NCBI GenBank assembly: GCA_001949185.1
Contig: BDGG01000003.1
Location: forward strand, 3,455,158-3,519,157
Length of the DNA stretch: 64,000 nucleotides
Direction of reading: 5' to 3'
DNA from: Ramazzottius varieornatus
Lineage: Eukaryota; Animalia; Tardigrada
Made by a program: the position numbers and the translations under genes. Below the pieces are notes generated by a model. That model made no database searches. It had not been told where the DNA came from and saw nothing but the letters and a program-made list of their open reading frames with translations. Shown here one piece after another: positions 1-13,100 of this stretch. Each line of letters starts with the position of its first letter. Position 1 is the first letter of the stretch.

Positions 1-371
1 CACTGCAACATCCCATAGATTTGCGCTAATGGATACCCCGGCTGCAAGTCAGTCCATGTCGCTGGTATGACTATGAAGGCAGTCGACAAAGGTGCAAGAA
101 TGGTGATTAACAGCCAAACCGATCCGCTTACCGCCTCTGTCATCGACGAGAACATTATGTGGACCGCATCGACTGGAAGCTCCGCTAATGAGCCAGCCCC
201 GTGACCTGTGCACACGTTCTTAACAGAGGATCCAGTGCAGTGGATGCCATCTGCTGTGGCCGGTGTGTCCGCGTCGTCGCGTGAGCTCCAGTCCAACTCT
301 TGCACCAGATTTAGGACGGGATTCCCTTCCGCACAGCCACTTTGCACTAGCTTATCCAAAAACGTCTCCAT
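1..371 (-). CDS. 5' portion of an unidentified gene running off the window start
   Basis: ATG at 371 opens a stop-free minus-strand frame to base 1 (METFLDKLVQSGCAEGNPVLNLVQELDWSS...), with a possible GTAAGC...TTGCAG intron inside it. No family recognised. Confidence 0.4.
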   Translation of the reverse strand, partial: METFLDKLVQSGCAEGNPVLNLVQELDWSSRDDADTPATADGIHCTGSSVKNVCTGHGAGSLAELPVDAVHIMFSSMTEAVSGSVWLLITILAPLSTAFIVIPATWTDLQPGYPLAQIYGMLQ

Positions 372-1032
372 CACTATACAGCTTCCCGTCGAGCCCAGAC
401 GTCAAACCTCTCGTCGAACAAAGCAGGAGAAGATCAAGCACGCCTGGATCAGGACATTCGATTCTTCCGAAAACAGAGAAGCATAAAGCAAACGTCACTT
501 ATGTCAGTACTCGTAATGCCATGACATGTCATACAGGACATGTCGTTATACTTATATCACGTCATATAACCCGAGCATTTCCCACCGCCCGGCTCGTTTT
601 AGAGCCGGAAGTCGTGCGGACTTCCAACTTTTCGAGTGTCTGTCGTGTCCGATTGCGGTTTTGAACATACCACAGTAAACTTAATAATGTCAAACACATG
701 AGATCTTGAAGCAATGTAGACTACACACTGACCGCGCTGACACTTCACAATTTTTCGCTCGCGTTCCTATCGAAAACAATAAATTATCGCTGGTGGGAAA
801 CTTTCGAGTCTACGAGGTAGCCGAGACTTATTTCATCTTTACTTCAGCATATGCTTTTAGGTATCTTATTTCAAACTTTTAAAAAATTTGCAGAACGCCA
901 GGTTCCTTCCTCAAAGCGACGATCGGTTTGCAAAAAATAAGCGCGGATACGTATAAAAGTATTTTAACGTACGAATAAAACTTTCGGAGCATTCAAAGGG
1001 CGTTTCTGTCAACCTCCCCCCAACTCCCTGCT

Positions 1033-2039
<1,007 letters not shown>

Positions 2040-2347
2040 CGTTCAGTCTGACTTCCAAATGGACCTACGAACCAACAATCAGTTTTCGTTGGAACCTTTG
2101 ACCAATATCCAAACGATACCAATTCATACCTGCAAGAGGGATCCCGAAGTCAGTCTCGAGTACAGAGGATGACTGTGCCGGACGGGAAAGACGTCTTCGA
2201 AAATCGAGATGGTCAAAGCCTCTCCATGTTACTGCGCAAAATAAAAATTCCGAAGGGATGCTTGAATCTCCACCTTGCGATTATTCGTAGGCATAACCAG
2301 CTGGCACGCTGATACAGAACTAATGGTTTTCAGGAAGCCTATCATCG

Positions 2348-4047
2348 ATGGAGTCCCCTGGTTTCTTCACCGGCTTGCTCGGTAAATCATTCAAGTCGCA
2401 ACCGTTCTAAGGTCTCTCCACTTATCGCAAACTCTGCAACGGTTCGCAATAACGATCAGCTGTTTTCTAAGGGTTAAGGAATTGTATGCTTTAAAGTGGC
2501 AATCAAGTGGAACAAGATTGGTCCGGATCCGCGTAAAGAATCCTCGCGCCGTTTTGGCTGTCATGTGTCATGACATAGTGATCAGCCGATCGATGCACGC
2601 GTTGACTAAATATTTCAAACACCATCCGCGCGGTCTTTTTACACGCACCCGGACCCAAACCTGTCCCGCATCGTTGGCACTTTAAAGTATCCAGTATTCG
2701 TATTATGCCCTTTGTGTCGTCCTCGCAAAGCTGGGGCCTAAAATCGCGAAAGACTTACTCGACGACATCGAGGACAGCTGGGATCTTCCAGGCAAACTGA
2801 GGGTTACACAGGAGGAAACGGTACGCATCTCCAGTCTTGGATGGGAGCTTGACATCGCACCTTGTACAGCCGGAAGTTCCGAGCGAAACCATGAGTCGTC
2901 GTGAAGCTAAGAAGTCATTTGCTTCGGAGCTGTCATCTGGACTACTCGGTTCGACAGCAGCAAAGCACAACGCGGCGGAAACCAGCCCCGTCAAGCATGT
3001 GGATTCAACTCGACGGCATTCTGCTTTCGCTGGTGCGCCCGAAAAAGTAACCACAAGCCCACTTGCTAGCAGCACTTCCAACGTACAGTCACTCTCGCGG
3101 CGGAGCAGCTCGAATATGAGTGAACCTGTGTCCGAAGAAGACTCTGACGACGACGGACTACACTCCGACTCTAAATCCGGATTAAGCTTCAGAGAACGTC
3201 GTCGCGAAGCGCATACCCAGGCCGAACAAAAAAGACGAGATGCAATTAAGGTGAGCCTGCAGGTGGATCTTGAAGTGTTGCCGTGTACTTCTCTGTGAAA
3301 ACCACGTATGTATGCTGTTTTGCAGAAAGGGTACCAAGAGCTGGAGGAGGAACTACCGAGTCTGCAGGATACGATCGGCAGCCAGAAACCCAGCAAAGCT
3401 GTAGTCATGCAAAGATGTGAGTCGGGTCTTTCAATATTCGAGGGTCTTTCCCCAGCTCGAACTTAGAAATCATCATCGTTGTAGCTATCGACTATGTCCA
3501 TTACCTGGAGGAACAGAAGAAGAAATCTGTCGAAGAGCTCGACGCTCTCAAGAAAGACTTCATGGGCCTTCAGATCATGAAACAGTGAGCAGCAAACTTT
3601 CGAACCCGGAAGTAAGTCTAGCGTGGTTTCTCTCTTGCAGAACATACGAGAAGATGGCCACTGCGATGCTGCAGCAGCCTGATCAGGGTCTCAATCCCGT
3701 TTCGGACGATGTGAAGTTCAAAGTGGTAAGCGCGGGTAGAGACTACTTATGGTTCATGGCTTCATGCGGACCCGGAAGTTACTGTTAGCGGAGACATGTT
3801 GGTGTGTCACTTGGTCTTCGTCCTTGTTTATCGAACGAGTGAAAGATGGTTTTTATTCTAGTTCCAGTCAATTATGGACAACTTGTTTCAATCCTACGAC
3901 GCCCGCGTCAATGCAGATAGCTTCGCTGAGCTATCTGGTTCCGCTTTCAACTGGCTTGAAGAATCGGGCACTCCTCACAACCTTCGAAATATTACAGCTG
4001 AGGTTCTTCGTGATGTAAAGAATAACACTGGTGCAGGAAAACGCTGA
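2348..4047 (+). CDS. MLX: Max-like protein X (bHLH-ZIP, Mlx/Bigmax); 5' exon uncertain
   Basis: Basic region RERRREAHTQAEQKRRDAIK|KGYQEL, then SKAVVMQR and a DCD-like tail (DDVKFKV|FQSIMDNLFQSY...SFAELSGSAFNWLEE). Canonical introns after ~3250, ~3417, ~3584 and 3726; stop TGA at 4045-4047. Confidence 0.9.
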
Positions 4048-4588
4048 TGCGTTTCTGAAGCATACGCCACGCATTTTGAAGTTTCACAGATTATTTAGAG
4101 TTTTAATTAAAACTCTGTTCAGTATTCCGATAGGTTAATACAGTCGTATGTCCAGAGATGTTACTTATCGTAGTACTATAATGTTCATGAGAGTTTTTTT
4201 GGCCTGTTCTAGTTGTTTTTGTTTGTATGACTTTTGCTCGAACTGTTCTCGAAAAAGTGTGTTACCAGTATTTTTGCGCGCAGTAGATACTAGCACCACA
4301 ACAACGTTCATGTACGGACTTCCAGACCAGAGACACGATTCACATTTTACAATGCGAGTATCGCAAAAAAGCATTGTAACTACGCATTGCCGACAGCGCA
4401 GTAAAAGCCACGTAGCCGCAAACGACGAACTGCCTTATATGCAAAACACCTTATTTGTAAAAAACGGTAATGACGCCAGTGCGCCCAGTCCCGAAGTCCC
4501 CGATCAGGAAAGCGTTCCATGGGCGAAGGTCCGCGCGCTTCTTAACACTAGTTGTGAGATCATCAAATTGCACTGGGACGTTATCAGA

Positions 4589-5397
4589 TCATTTTGGAAT
4601 CCTGTCGCTGTCTTCGTCACTTTCCTGCACGCTGCGAACCCTTAAAACCTGCGGAAATCCAAACACGTATTAAACTATATTCCCAGTTCATTTTTAATTC
4701 TTCACAGCCATCAGAAACATGTGCGTACTTCCTGCTGTCCCTCTTTCGCGTTGGGGTTCTGGATCACAATCAACAGATAATCGCGATCTGCAAGAGTAAG
4801 CGCACCGGAATTAGAGCCCAGGACAAACAGGTTAATTCCACAGTGCAAGTGTGCGGCGCTCAGGAAAATCCGTCTACCTGGGGCGACCATGATCTCGTGT
4901 TTCTTAGTCCTTATGCGAAGAAAGGACAAGTCGTTTCCGGGATCTAGGTCTCGCACTCCATGACGTGTCCTGCTGACCAGATCATGAACCACCGATGCGT
5001 ACGAAGCGGCAGTTTCATCGTCCAGTGTTGACCGCAAAATAACTCCTATGGAAATAAAGGGGACATCTGTATTGCGAGAATAGTTCAAATGCTACCATAA
5101 ACTCGTCAAAACGACGCCCTATACCGTCTTGTGTGAGGACCATGACTCCAAGAACTCCTTTATGCGACTTGATGCGGCTCAAAATTTCGTCGATCTCCGA
5201 TTCATCGACATCCAGCATATCGCGCGTAGCTTTAGTCGTGGTCTGCAAAGGAAGGCACGTAAGCGGAACAATCTTATTAGTTATTACTCATTACACTCAT
5301 AGTCAGAGAAAAGGCCTACGAGTACAGGCATGATTGGTTCAACTGAGTCAGGCCAGTAACACTGACTGAGTTCATTTGACAATTCACTTGCCATCAT
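4589..5397 (-). CDS. DYNLRB: Dynein light chain roadblock-type
   Basis: [25 protein letters not shown] / VILRSTLD / [26 protein letters not shown]|[12 protein letters not shown]. The first and last micro-exons are inferred from splice signals. Confidence 0.9.
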
Positions 5398-5884
5398 CCA
5401 AAACCTATATGGCAGCTGTCTCCGTGACGAACGGCAACTCAGGATGAAAAGCTCAGGAAGTCAGGAACCAGTCGAGAGGATCCCTCCGTACGATGAAGAC
5501 AATGGCTGGCGAGGTCACACAAGCGCCAGCGGAATTCAGCAGACTTCCATACGTGAAGCTCTTGTCGTACGCTCCATGCATCTGCATCCGCTGGTTTTCA
5601 GGGACGAAACTTGGAGAAGACAGAAAATATCAAGAACTAAAGTAGAGGACAACGAAAGGCACATGTGGAGACTCTGGGGTCGGTAAACCATTCAGAACTA
5701 AAGTTTGGAGTTTCGACTTTGGAGTTATTTGAGACCTGCAATTACATCACCATCACACGCATGATATACTAGATTACCTCCAGTTGGAAAGCGATTTTCG
5801 CAATCTCATTCGCTCTACAGTAATTGGACAACATCACCGGAAGTCCACTCCACACGTCGTTATACGGAGGACTGCTCGCTCAAG

Positions 5885-7060
5885 ATGTTCCCTTCCGAGA
5901 CGGCTACAGTAGATGGAAATCCGATTCGGACGGGTGGAGCCACATTTGTAGGGATGCAGTCACCGCTCTCACTTGGACAGCAGATCGTCTCATCGGGATG
6001 CACCGGTCTAAACCAGATTCTGGGAGGAGGAATTCCTGTGGGCTCAGTCCTCGTCTTCCAAGACAAGCCATGGATAGTGTACAGCGACCGATTCTTGCAT
6101 GTCGTGGCTGCCGAGGGATTAGCGGCTGGACATTCGGTCGCTGTCGCCGTTCCTCCAAATAGCAGAGACAGCCAGTCCTTCGTTTCCCTAATACCTTCTG
6201 CTGGGAAATCCCAGGCACGAAACTCTGCGGAGAAAGACAAGACGAACCTGCGCCGTCATGATGATAACCTAGACGCGAACGTCGGCGGTAAAGAATACAT
6301 CGAACGTGATCGCGAAAATATTCAGTCTGATCTTTTTCTTATTATAGGCTCTGACGAAGATTTACGGATCGCATGGAGATACAAAGACATCCCAAAAGTC
6401 AACCCCGTTCTCGGTTCCTCCTCGCACGACAAGACCACGCACAAATACGACCTCGGCGTCAAGCTCGACGTAAGTGAGGTTGCCGACATAGCACAGTTTT
6501 TTTCCCCGGGGGGAACCACGAACCTTCCCGACGCTCTAATTTCCTGGATCCAAGAACAAAGCACGAAATGTGGTACTTCCCGAACACTCCGAGTAGTCCT
6601 TCCTGACATTGATTCTCCCTTATGGGGCTTCCATGGTGTTGCTCAGTTTTGCCAGTTTTTGTTCCGCTTGAAGAATCATGTTCGCTCGACGAGTACAATA
6701 GTCTGCCTGAGCATCTCCCACGACCTTCACGAGCGGTCGGACCTTCGCAGTATACGAAGGTTAAGTGACGCGTACTTGGCCATCGAAGTGCTCGGGGATG
6801 ACGTAAGGAGCCATCTGTATCCGGACTTTCAAGCAATATGTCGTATTGAGAAAGCCTTCACGATTAACTCGCTGCGTCCTCCGCCGATGACGGACCACGA
6901 GTTCGGGTTGAAGATCAAGAAGCGGAGGATAACGATCGAGAGATTACATCTGCCGCCCGAACTTCAAGACAGTGTTCAAAGAGAAACCAGCAATGCGAAG
7001 AAAAGTACGGGCGGTGGCTTGAACTGCCAGACTGTTCGGGAAAACGATTTGGATTTCTAA
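5885..7060 (+). CDS. ELP4: Elongator complex protein 4, with a probable 60-nt in-frame intron at 6288-6347
   Basis: VSSGCTGLNQILGGGIPVGS, EDLRIAWRY, FLFRLKNHVRS, FGLKIKKRRITIERLHLPPEL and C-terminal LDF. Confidence 0.92.
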   Translation: MFPSETATVDGNPIRTGGATFVGMQSPLSLGQQIVSSGCTGLNQILGGGIPVGSVLVFQDKPWIVYSDRFLHVVAAEGLAAGHSVAVAVPPNSRDSQSFVSLIPSAGKSQARNSAEKDKTNLRRHDDNLDANVGGKEYIERDRENIQSDLFLIIGSDEDLRIAWRYKDIPKVNPVLGSSSHDKTTHKYDLGVKLDVSEVADIAQFFSPGGTTNLPDALISWIQEQSTKCGTSRTLRVVLPDIDSPLWGFHGVAQFCQFLFRLKNHVRSTSTIVCLSISHDLHERSDLRSIRRLSDAYLAIEVLGDDVRSHLYPDFQAICRIEKAFTINSLRPPPMTDHEFGLKIKKRRITIERLHLPPELQDSVQRETSNAKKSTGGGLNCQTVRENDLDF

Positions 7061-7997
7061 GTTGCAAAACCGTGTAGTAAAAACTTTCCAGAGAAAATTT
7101 GTCTCTAGAGTTTTCGTCTGGTTATTGTGCCTTCATCGAAGTTCAATCTGAAGGTCGAACCGTGCAGCAGTAAAGACCGTTTGTATCTGAAGTCTTTCGC
7201 GGGTTGACACGGTGTTTTGACATAGACAAAATAGACGAAAAGAGGGGCTAATGAAAAAGTCCGCAGATTGCAGAGATCTCAGATACTGTAAGTGACTCGA
7301 TGCAGCCTGTGCACACTCCTGGATCCAAACACCTTTCTCATTTGGAGACCTTTTCTCCAATAATCTGTTGAAATCATGCGTGAATGGCTTTTTATTGAAT
7401 GGACTCCTACAGGATATCGTGTTTGAAACCTCATATCGGAGGTTGTAGAGTGATTGCACAGGCAAGCTAACCAGAACATCCGGTGATCGTGATAAGGTCG
7501 GATGTTCTGACTCACCTGTTGACAACCAGATATCTATACAAAATGCAACGAACGGAGGAAGATTTCGATCCCTTTCTCAGTTTTACGGCACACCGAATAA
7601 TATCGACCACATCCTTCTGGTCGACCCAAAGAGCGGACTATATCGGCTTCCAGCGAACGATGTGAAAAGCACCGTGGGGAACGGCCTTCAGTACCTGTAG
7701 TACAGCTAGTATGTACGTACCCTTTACTCTGTACCACGGGAGTAATTTGATATTTATGCAGTATGCATTACGGGTGCTGCAAGGCTGCACTAAGAACCGA
7801 CGTTCCTCGATGACAGCTCCAGTCCATTTTGATTGATGTTAACTCTGACGTCGATCGAGTTCCTTATTAACATTCACAGCTCTTCACTGTGAACGTCTGA
7901 AGAACCATTACATTGGATTAACACCCCGCACGAGGCAGGAGCTTATCAGCCCGGAAGTTCTTCCTTTTTACGAAGAAAGCTTCTTGCCGAATACGAC

Positions 7998-9669
7998 ATG
8001 GGTTTGTGGGGGAATATCACCGATGAAGGTTCCACCCCGACGGAGAACAACAATGTGACCAATCCGAGATATGCTGAGATGCCCACAAAAGTGATTCGAA
8101 AAGTGACTGTCATGGGGATCTTCATGTTTTTCGCCGTTGTCGGGAACTCTGCGGTCCTCATCACCTTATTCAAAGCTCGAGCCTGGCGCCGCCCAGTTTC
8201 TTCATTCATCGTTTCCTTGGCCATCAGTAAGTTTCTTCAGCTTTGACTTCAGAACATTTGACGTTATCCTAGGTAAAGTTCCCTATGGCTGAATAGACCG
8301 GAGCATTAATTGGGACGACGACAAATGAGTTGACGATGCTGGTTTTTCAAAGTGGCGCACACTTGCAGCAGATAACACCGAGGACGTGCGCCACCCGGGA
8401 TAAAACTCGTATCGCTTCTTTTGCCGACGTCCCAGTTTTTGTTTGTTGCATTCTTAACGATAGATGGCTGTTTGTTTGTGAAATGTTGATTCTGTTGCTT
8501 ATTCTCCCTTGGGTATTTAGGTGACCTGTCAATCGCTGTCCTTAGTATGACAACGGAAGTTTTTTGGGACTTGCCAGGTGGATGGCTCCTGGGAAATGCC
8601 GGCTGCAAGCTCCTCACGTACATACAATGTATTCTGTTTGCTTCTACAGCTTTTATTCACATGAGCATCAGCATCGATCGCTTCGAGGCGATCTGCAAGC
8701 CAGTAATTTTTTCTCAGCGATACCTGCGAAATCGCAAGATGATTGGAATGTCGTGGTTGATGGCCTTTGTTATTTCCGTTCCACAGCTCTTCGTGTTCTT
8801 GGAGGTAATTAATTGGGTTTTTTTTCCTCAAACGAGCCCAGATTGCGAGGCATAATTTAATTTTCTGTCCTGCCAGATTGAGTTCGGCGATCAGTTTTTG
8901 ATGGATGTTTTTAGGTTGAGAGCGCAGATTCCGATCGAAACAGGGTAGTCCATCTGTGTCGAAGCGATGGATACACTGCTGAATGGCAAAGAAAAATCTA
9001 TGTAACCTGGAACGCTGGGTTATTCTTTCTGTTACCACTCGTCTGCATCACGTTCTGCTACTCGAAGATCGCTTGCGCCGTATGGACATATGACAAGCCC
9101 GTTATCAAAGACTGCCAGTTCAAATATCCTCCCTTGTTCTTGAACTCGACAACGGAGAAAAGCTCCGCCCAGAAACGCTCAAGGTAACGCTTCTCATTTT
9201 GACCATTGCAACAGTTAGGGAAATTCGGGACGTCGTCAAATGGACTGTACCTAATCGTTTCTACAGGTGGCGCACAGTTTCGGCTAATGGAAACGTCCGC
9301 CACCTGAGATGACGATCTTGTTCATTTGCCGACGTCTCATTTGTCATTTATAGCTCACGCCAGAAGAACTTTCCCACCGGTCAACGCCCAACTTTCTCCA
9401 AAGCGAAACTGCAAACGATCCAAGTGACGGTTTGTATTCTGTTCTCATATACTTTCTGCTGGATTCCCTACTTCACCGTGGCTCTTCTAAACGTGTGGAG
9501 CGACTACATTTATAAGAAAGAAATAGAGGCATCCTTTATCGGGACGATGGGTCAGTGTCTCTGCTGGTTCTCAAGCTGCCTGAACCCCATCATCTATAGT
9601 TGCTTCAAATTCTCCGACCGGTGTCACCAGTTGAAATTATCGAGTCGTCGACCTCGAGCTCCTCGTTAG
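7998..9669 (+). CDS. Rhodopsin-class neuropeptide GPCR of the vasopressin/oxytocin-GnRH-CCAP/NPS supergroup; exons 7998-8226, 8521-8804, 8915-9183, 9354-9669
   Basis: TM1 GN, TM2 LAISDL, TM3 GCKLL...SIDRFEAICKP, TM4 SVPQLFVF, TM6 CWIPYF and TM7 SCLNPIIY. The exons join in frame across GT-AG introns. Confidence 0.88.
8312..8433. mobile_element. Palindromic MITE-like element, copy 1 (GPCR intron 1)
   Basis: GGGACGACGACAAAT...AAGTGGCGCAC-N25-GTGCGCCACCC...TTTGCCGACGTCCC; flanks AATT/AGTT. Confidence 0.85.
9227..9338. mobile_element. Palindromic MITE-like element, copy 2 (GPCR intron 3)
   Basis: GGGACGTCGTCAAAT...CAGGTGGCGCAC-N19-GTCCGCCACCTG...TTTGCCGACGTCTC; flanks ATTC/ATTT. Confidence 0.85.
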
Positions 9670-10197
9670 TTCTACTCGAAAATATTCCCTCCACTAATCA
9701 CCCACATAACACGTCCAGTTCGTCGAATGCTTTGATGCGCTTGTTTCTTTCCGCTTTATTCTCAGCTAATCAGTGATCATCCTTTTCCCTTGCCCTAAGG
9801 CGAGTAGGAAATTTTTTTCCATATCGAGCTCGTCCATTCTGCGGGTGTAATGATCCATCAATTTTGCAGATTGCTTTTCTAATAGGTCGTTTCCCATTTT
9901 TTCGACGCAATAAGAATAACAAGCCTGCTTATTACACTATGAGGAAAATTTGTAGAATAATGACACAAGACTCTGTCTTATTATTATTATGCATTATTCT
10001 TTCAGTAATCAAGTGCGAACAAAACAATCTAATCCAGGCGCAAGCATGCGATAACATCGTTACTTCCATGAAAGGTACAACAAGTAACAATTAGTCACGG
10101 CTGGGAAAATGCAAACGCAGTGAGATTGGGTATCACAGTCGTAAATCGATCTCTGAAATGAAAATGAAAGACTCATGCAGCCACAGTGATATTTCAA

Positions 10198-13100
10198 TCA
10201 AACCATGACGTAACGAAGAGGTCCTTCGCGAGATTCCGCGTGGACGAGATTGTCTTCCACCTCCGCGTAGGTCGCCGGCTCCTGGTAGCGTGGTATCTGG
10301 TTCCAGGTCTGCATGTCGTAGTGGGCGGGAAGCTTGCAGTTCTCACAAGCACTACACTGTCCGTCGGAGACATCGTCGCGGCTGTTCTCGAATATTTCTG
10401 CCGTTTCGTGCCGGCAGTTTGATGACCCACGCGATGCCACGCTACACATGTCTACGGGTTGGGTCGAGGTGGAACCTAATAAAAATAAAATAATTATGAT
10501 TGACCTTACCAATATTAAGCCATGAGTTTCCGACAGGAAGGAAATGATACAGTGTTGAAAATGAATCCCTTCCGGTTGTCACGCGGTCATATAATATCAA
10601 TCAATGATAACTGACGGACGCCGCATGACCACCGGAAGAAAGGTATTTTCAGCAGTGTAGTTCGTCTTGCGTTTTCGGCTTTTCTCTCTGAATAGCTGGA
10701 GCGTGGGCAAATGGACTGAGCCAGATTGCTATCCCAAGTGGCGCACGATTACATTGAAGTTAGCTCAGGCTGTGCGCCACTTGAGTAGACATCTGGTTCG
10801 ATTCATCTGCCGTCGTCTCGGTTATAAACTAAGGGCGGACCTTCAGAAATGGCGGCCGGGGACATCATCGCATGGCGTTTAGACGGGCGGTAAATCATTG
10901 GCAGTACTCCGGCGTCATTGACGTAGTTATGTTGCGCTCCATAGACGTCGATGGAAGCGTAATGGGAAGCTGGACGGGGACGATCAGCCACAGGATGAGC
11001 ATCTCGTCGATCTGGTAGGACACAATAGTAATGAGCATCATCGCCTTGTTCCGCGTGATACATGCAGTAGCTGTCTCGCTCCAGACCATATCGACTTCCG
11101 CGATTATAGGAAGACGGGGCACGTGTCTTGCTACCATATTGTGTCCCGTAATGATCGGACGGGCACGCTTGCTGGAAGAAAGTGATGGGAGACAAGAACG
11201 GCGGGCACAGCCTTGAGGTGGCTCGAGACGCCTTTTTGGACAAGCGACTCTTCCTGAACCTCCAGAAAAGCACAGCTGCCAGCAAGGCTAGTACCAACAG
11301 CACGAGAACCAACACCGCTATGAGAATGTTATCGATGCTGGTGGGAAGTTTGGTCTCGGCTTTGATGCTGATTTCACTTCCGCTATTAATTGGACAGAAG
11401 TTTTCTCGGACTTCGTGTGTATGTTTGATCTGTGGGGAACCACCGTTGATTGTGAAGTTGCGGATGCATCCGCTGAAGTACCGGGATGTCTCTTCTTTCT
11501 TGAGGTAGTTCCCAACCAGAACGGAAGTGTCGTCCAGATTCGTTTGTTTAATCATGCCCACTGCCGTTGTGGAACACGACTCATCTCCGGCATGGCATTC
11601 GACACAGCCTTCATCAGTACAATCAGTCACTGATAGGCTTCCAATCTAATGACAGACGAATATCCGTTAGTATGGATTTACTGAAGCGAAGGGAAGGCTA
11701 TATGAGAAGCCCCACTTACAGAATCGTGTCGTGTGATAACGACGTGGTGATAATACCCGTCTGAGATGAACTTATTGACAGTTATTCGAGTGGTGTCCTT
11801 GAGACTGGAGCCGAAGGAGAAGTACAGGAGACCTTTCTTGATGTCGAGGGAGAGAAAAGACGTAGCTCCGTTCTGGCCAACACTTTGACTGTAAAGGACA
11901 GTAGAGTCTGACGTTCGAGTAGATATGACCATCGCAATGTTCAGGTTCTCCAGTTTCACCGGCGCAACCTCCATAAATGACCCAGCCGCCAACCCGTAAC
12001 TTTTCACCGCTTTCTCCTGTAGAAAAAACCAAAAATTAATTCCAAAAGTATAACAAATTCATGCAATACATTTATGCTGAAATATTTCTGGCATACGTTG
12101 CAAGACGTTCCAACGCATGTCCTTTCTTGCTCGCAGTAGAACGATCCAAAGGTGTTGACACACTTTCCGCCATTGAGGCATTTCGGAGTTCCCCACAAGT
12201 TACATTCATCCAGGTCGAACTGGCACTGCGAGCCGTAGAAGCCTTCTGGACAAGTGCAGACATCGTTGCCCGCGCACGTGCCGCCATTCTGGCAATAGCC
12301 AGGTCGACACCACGTCTCACACTGTGGACCGGAGAAGGGTTCTGGACAGTAGCATCGATGGGAGTAGTCAAATGCGGAAGAGACGACGATCAGATTGCTG
12401 CTGGAGACCATGCTGGACTCTCGCGGGACTGGTTGAACGAGATCTCGACAGATGGCGGGCGCTGCACAGGTGGTGTATGTGCATGGTCGGTAGTCCACAT
12501 CGGAGATGACCACACCGGACTTTCGCTTGATGTCCTTTAGCCGATGCTGAAGTTCCTGCTTTATCGTCCCTCTTCCCAACTGTGTGCAAAAGACCATAAT
12601 TATGAACACTCTGTAGGGACAATAGGGATGCCATGTAGCTATCGATAGTCACCTGTTGGAATTTGTGGGTGACAGAAACTTGAAGGACGCAGTCCGAACC
12701 AACGTTAGTAAGTCCGATGACCGATACCTGCCCCTTTTCGACGAAGATCTCATACATCGTCTGCATGAAGCGGACGTAGTGCTGCTCCATGAAAGTCTCC
12801 GTTGATATACCGGAAACTAGTACGGAAAGGCTGGTTTCGTGCTGACTTTTCGTGACGACTTCCGGCTTGATGACGACCTCATACCGGACTGCTTCATGTT
12901 TTCCATCGCTCCCTTCGATCTCGAGACGGTATAGCTCTGCAGGATCCATCTCGAATGCCACCAGGCCACATTCGCCACTGATAGAAAAGACGTCTCTATT
13001 GCCGCTCAAAATCTGACAGTGGAAGCTGCCTGATTCGTCAGCGTCCAAAGGCTTGACGCTGCCCAGTCGACGGCTCCTGGTGGTGACGTACTCTTCCACG

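Noticed and set aside
10198-10512. Apparent small secreted protein (MVRSIIIILFLLG...)
   Set aside because: The hydrophobic 'signal peptide' is the translated T-rich acceptor tract (ATTATTTTATTTTTATTAG). The rest joins in frame as the last Fat exon.
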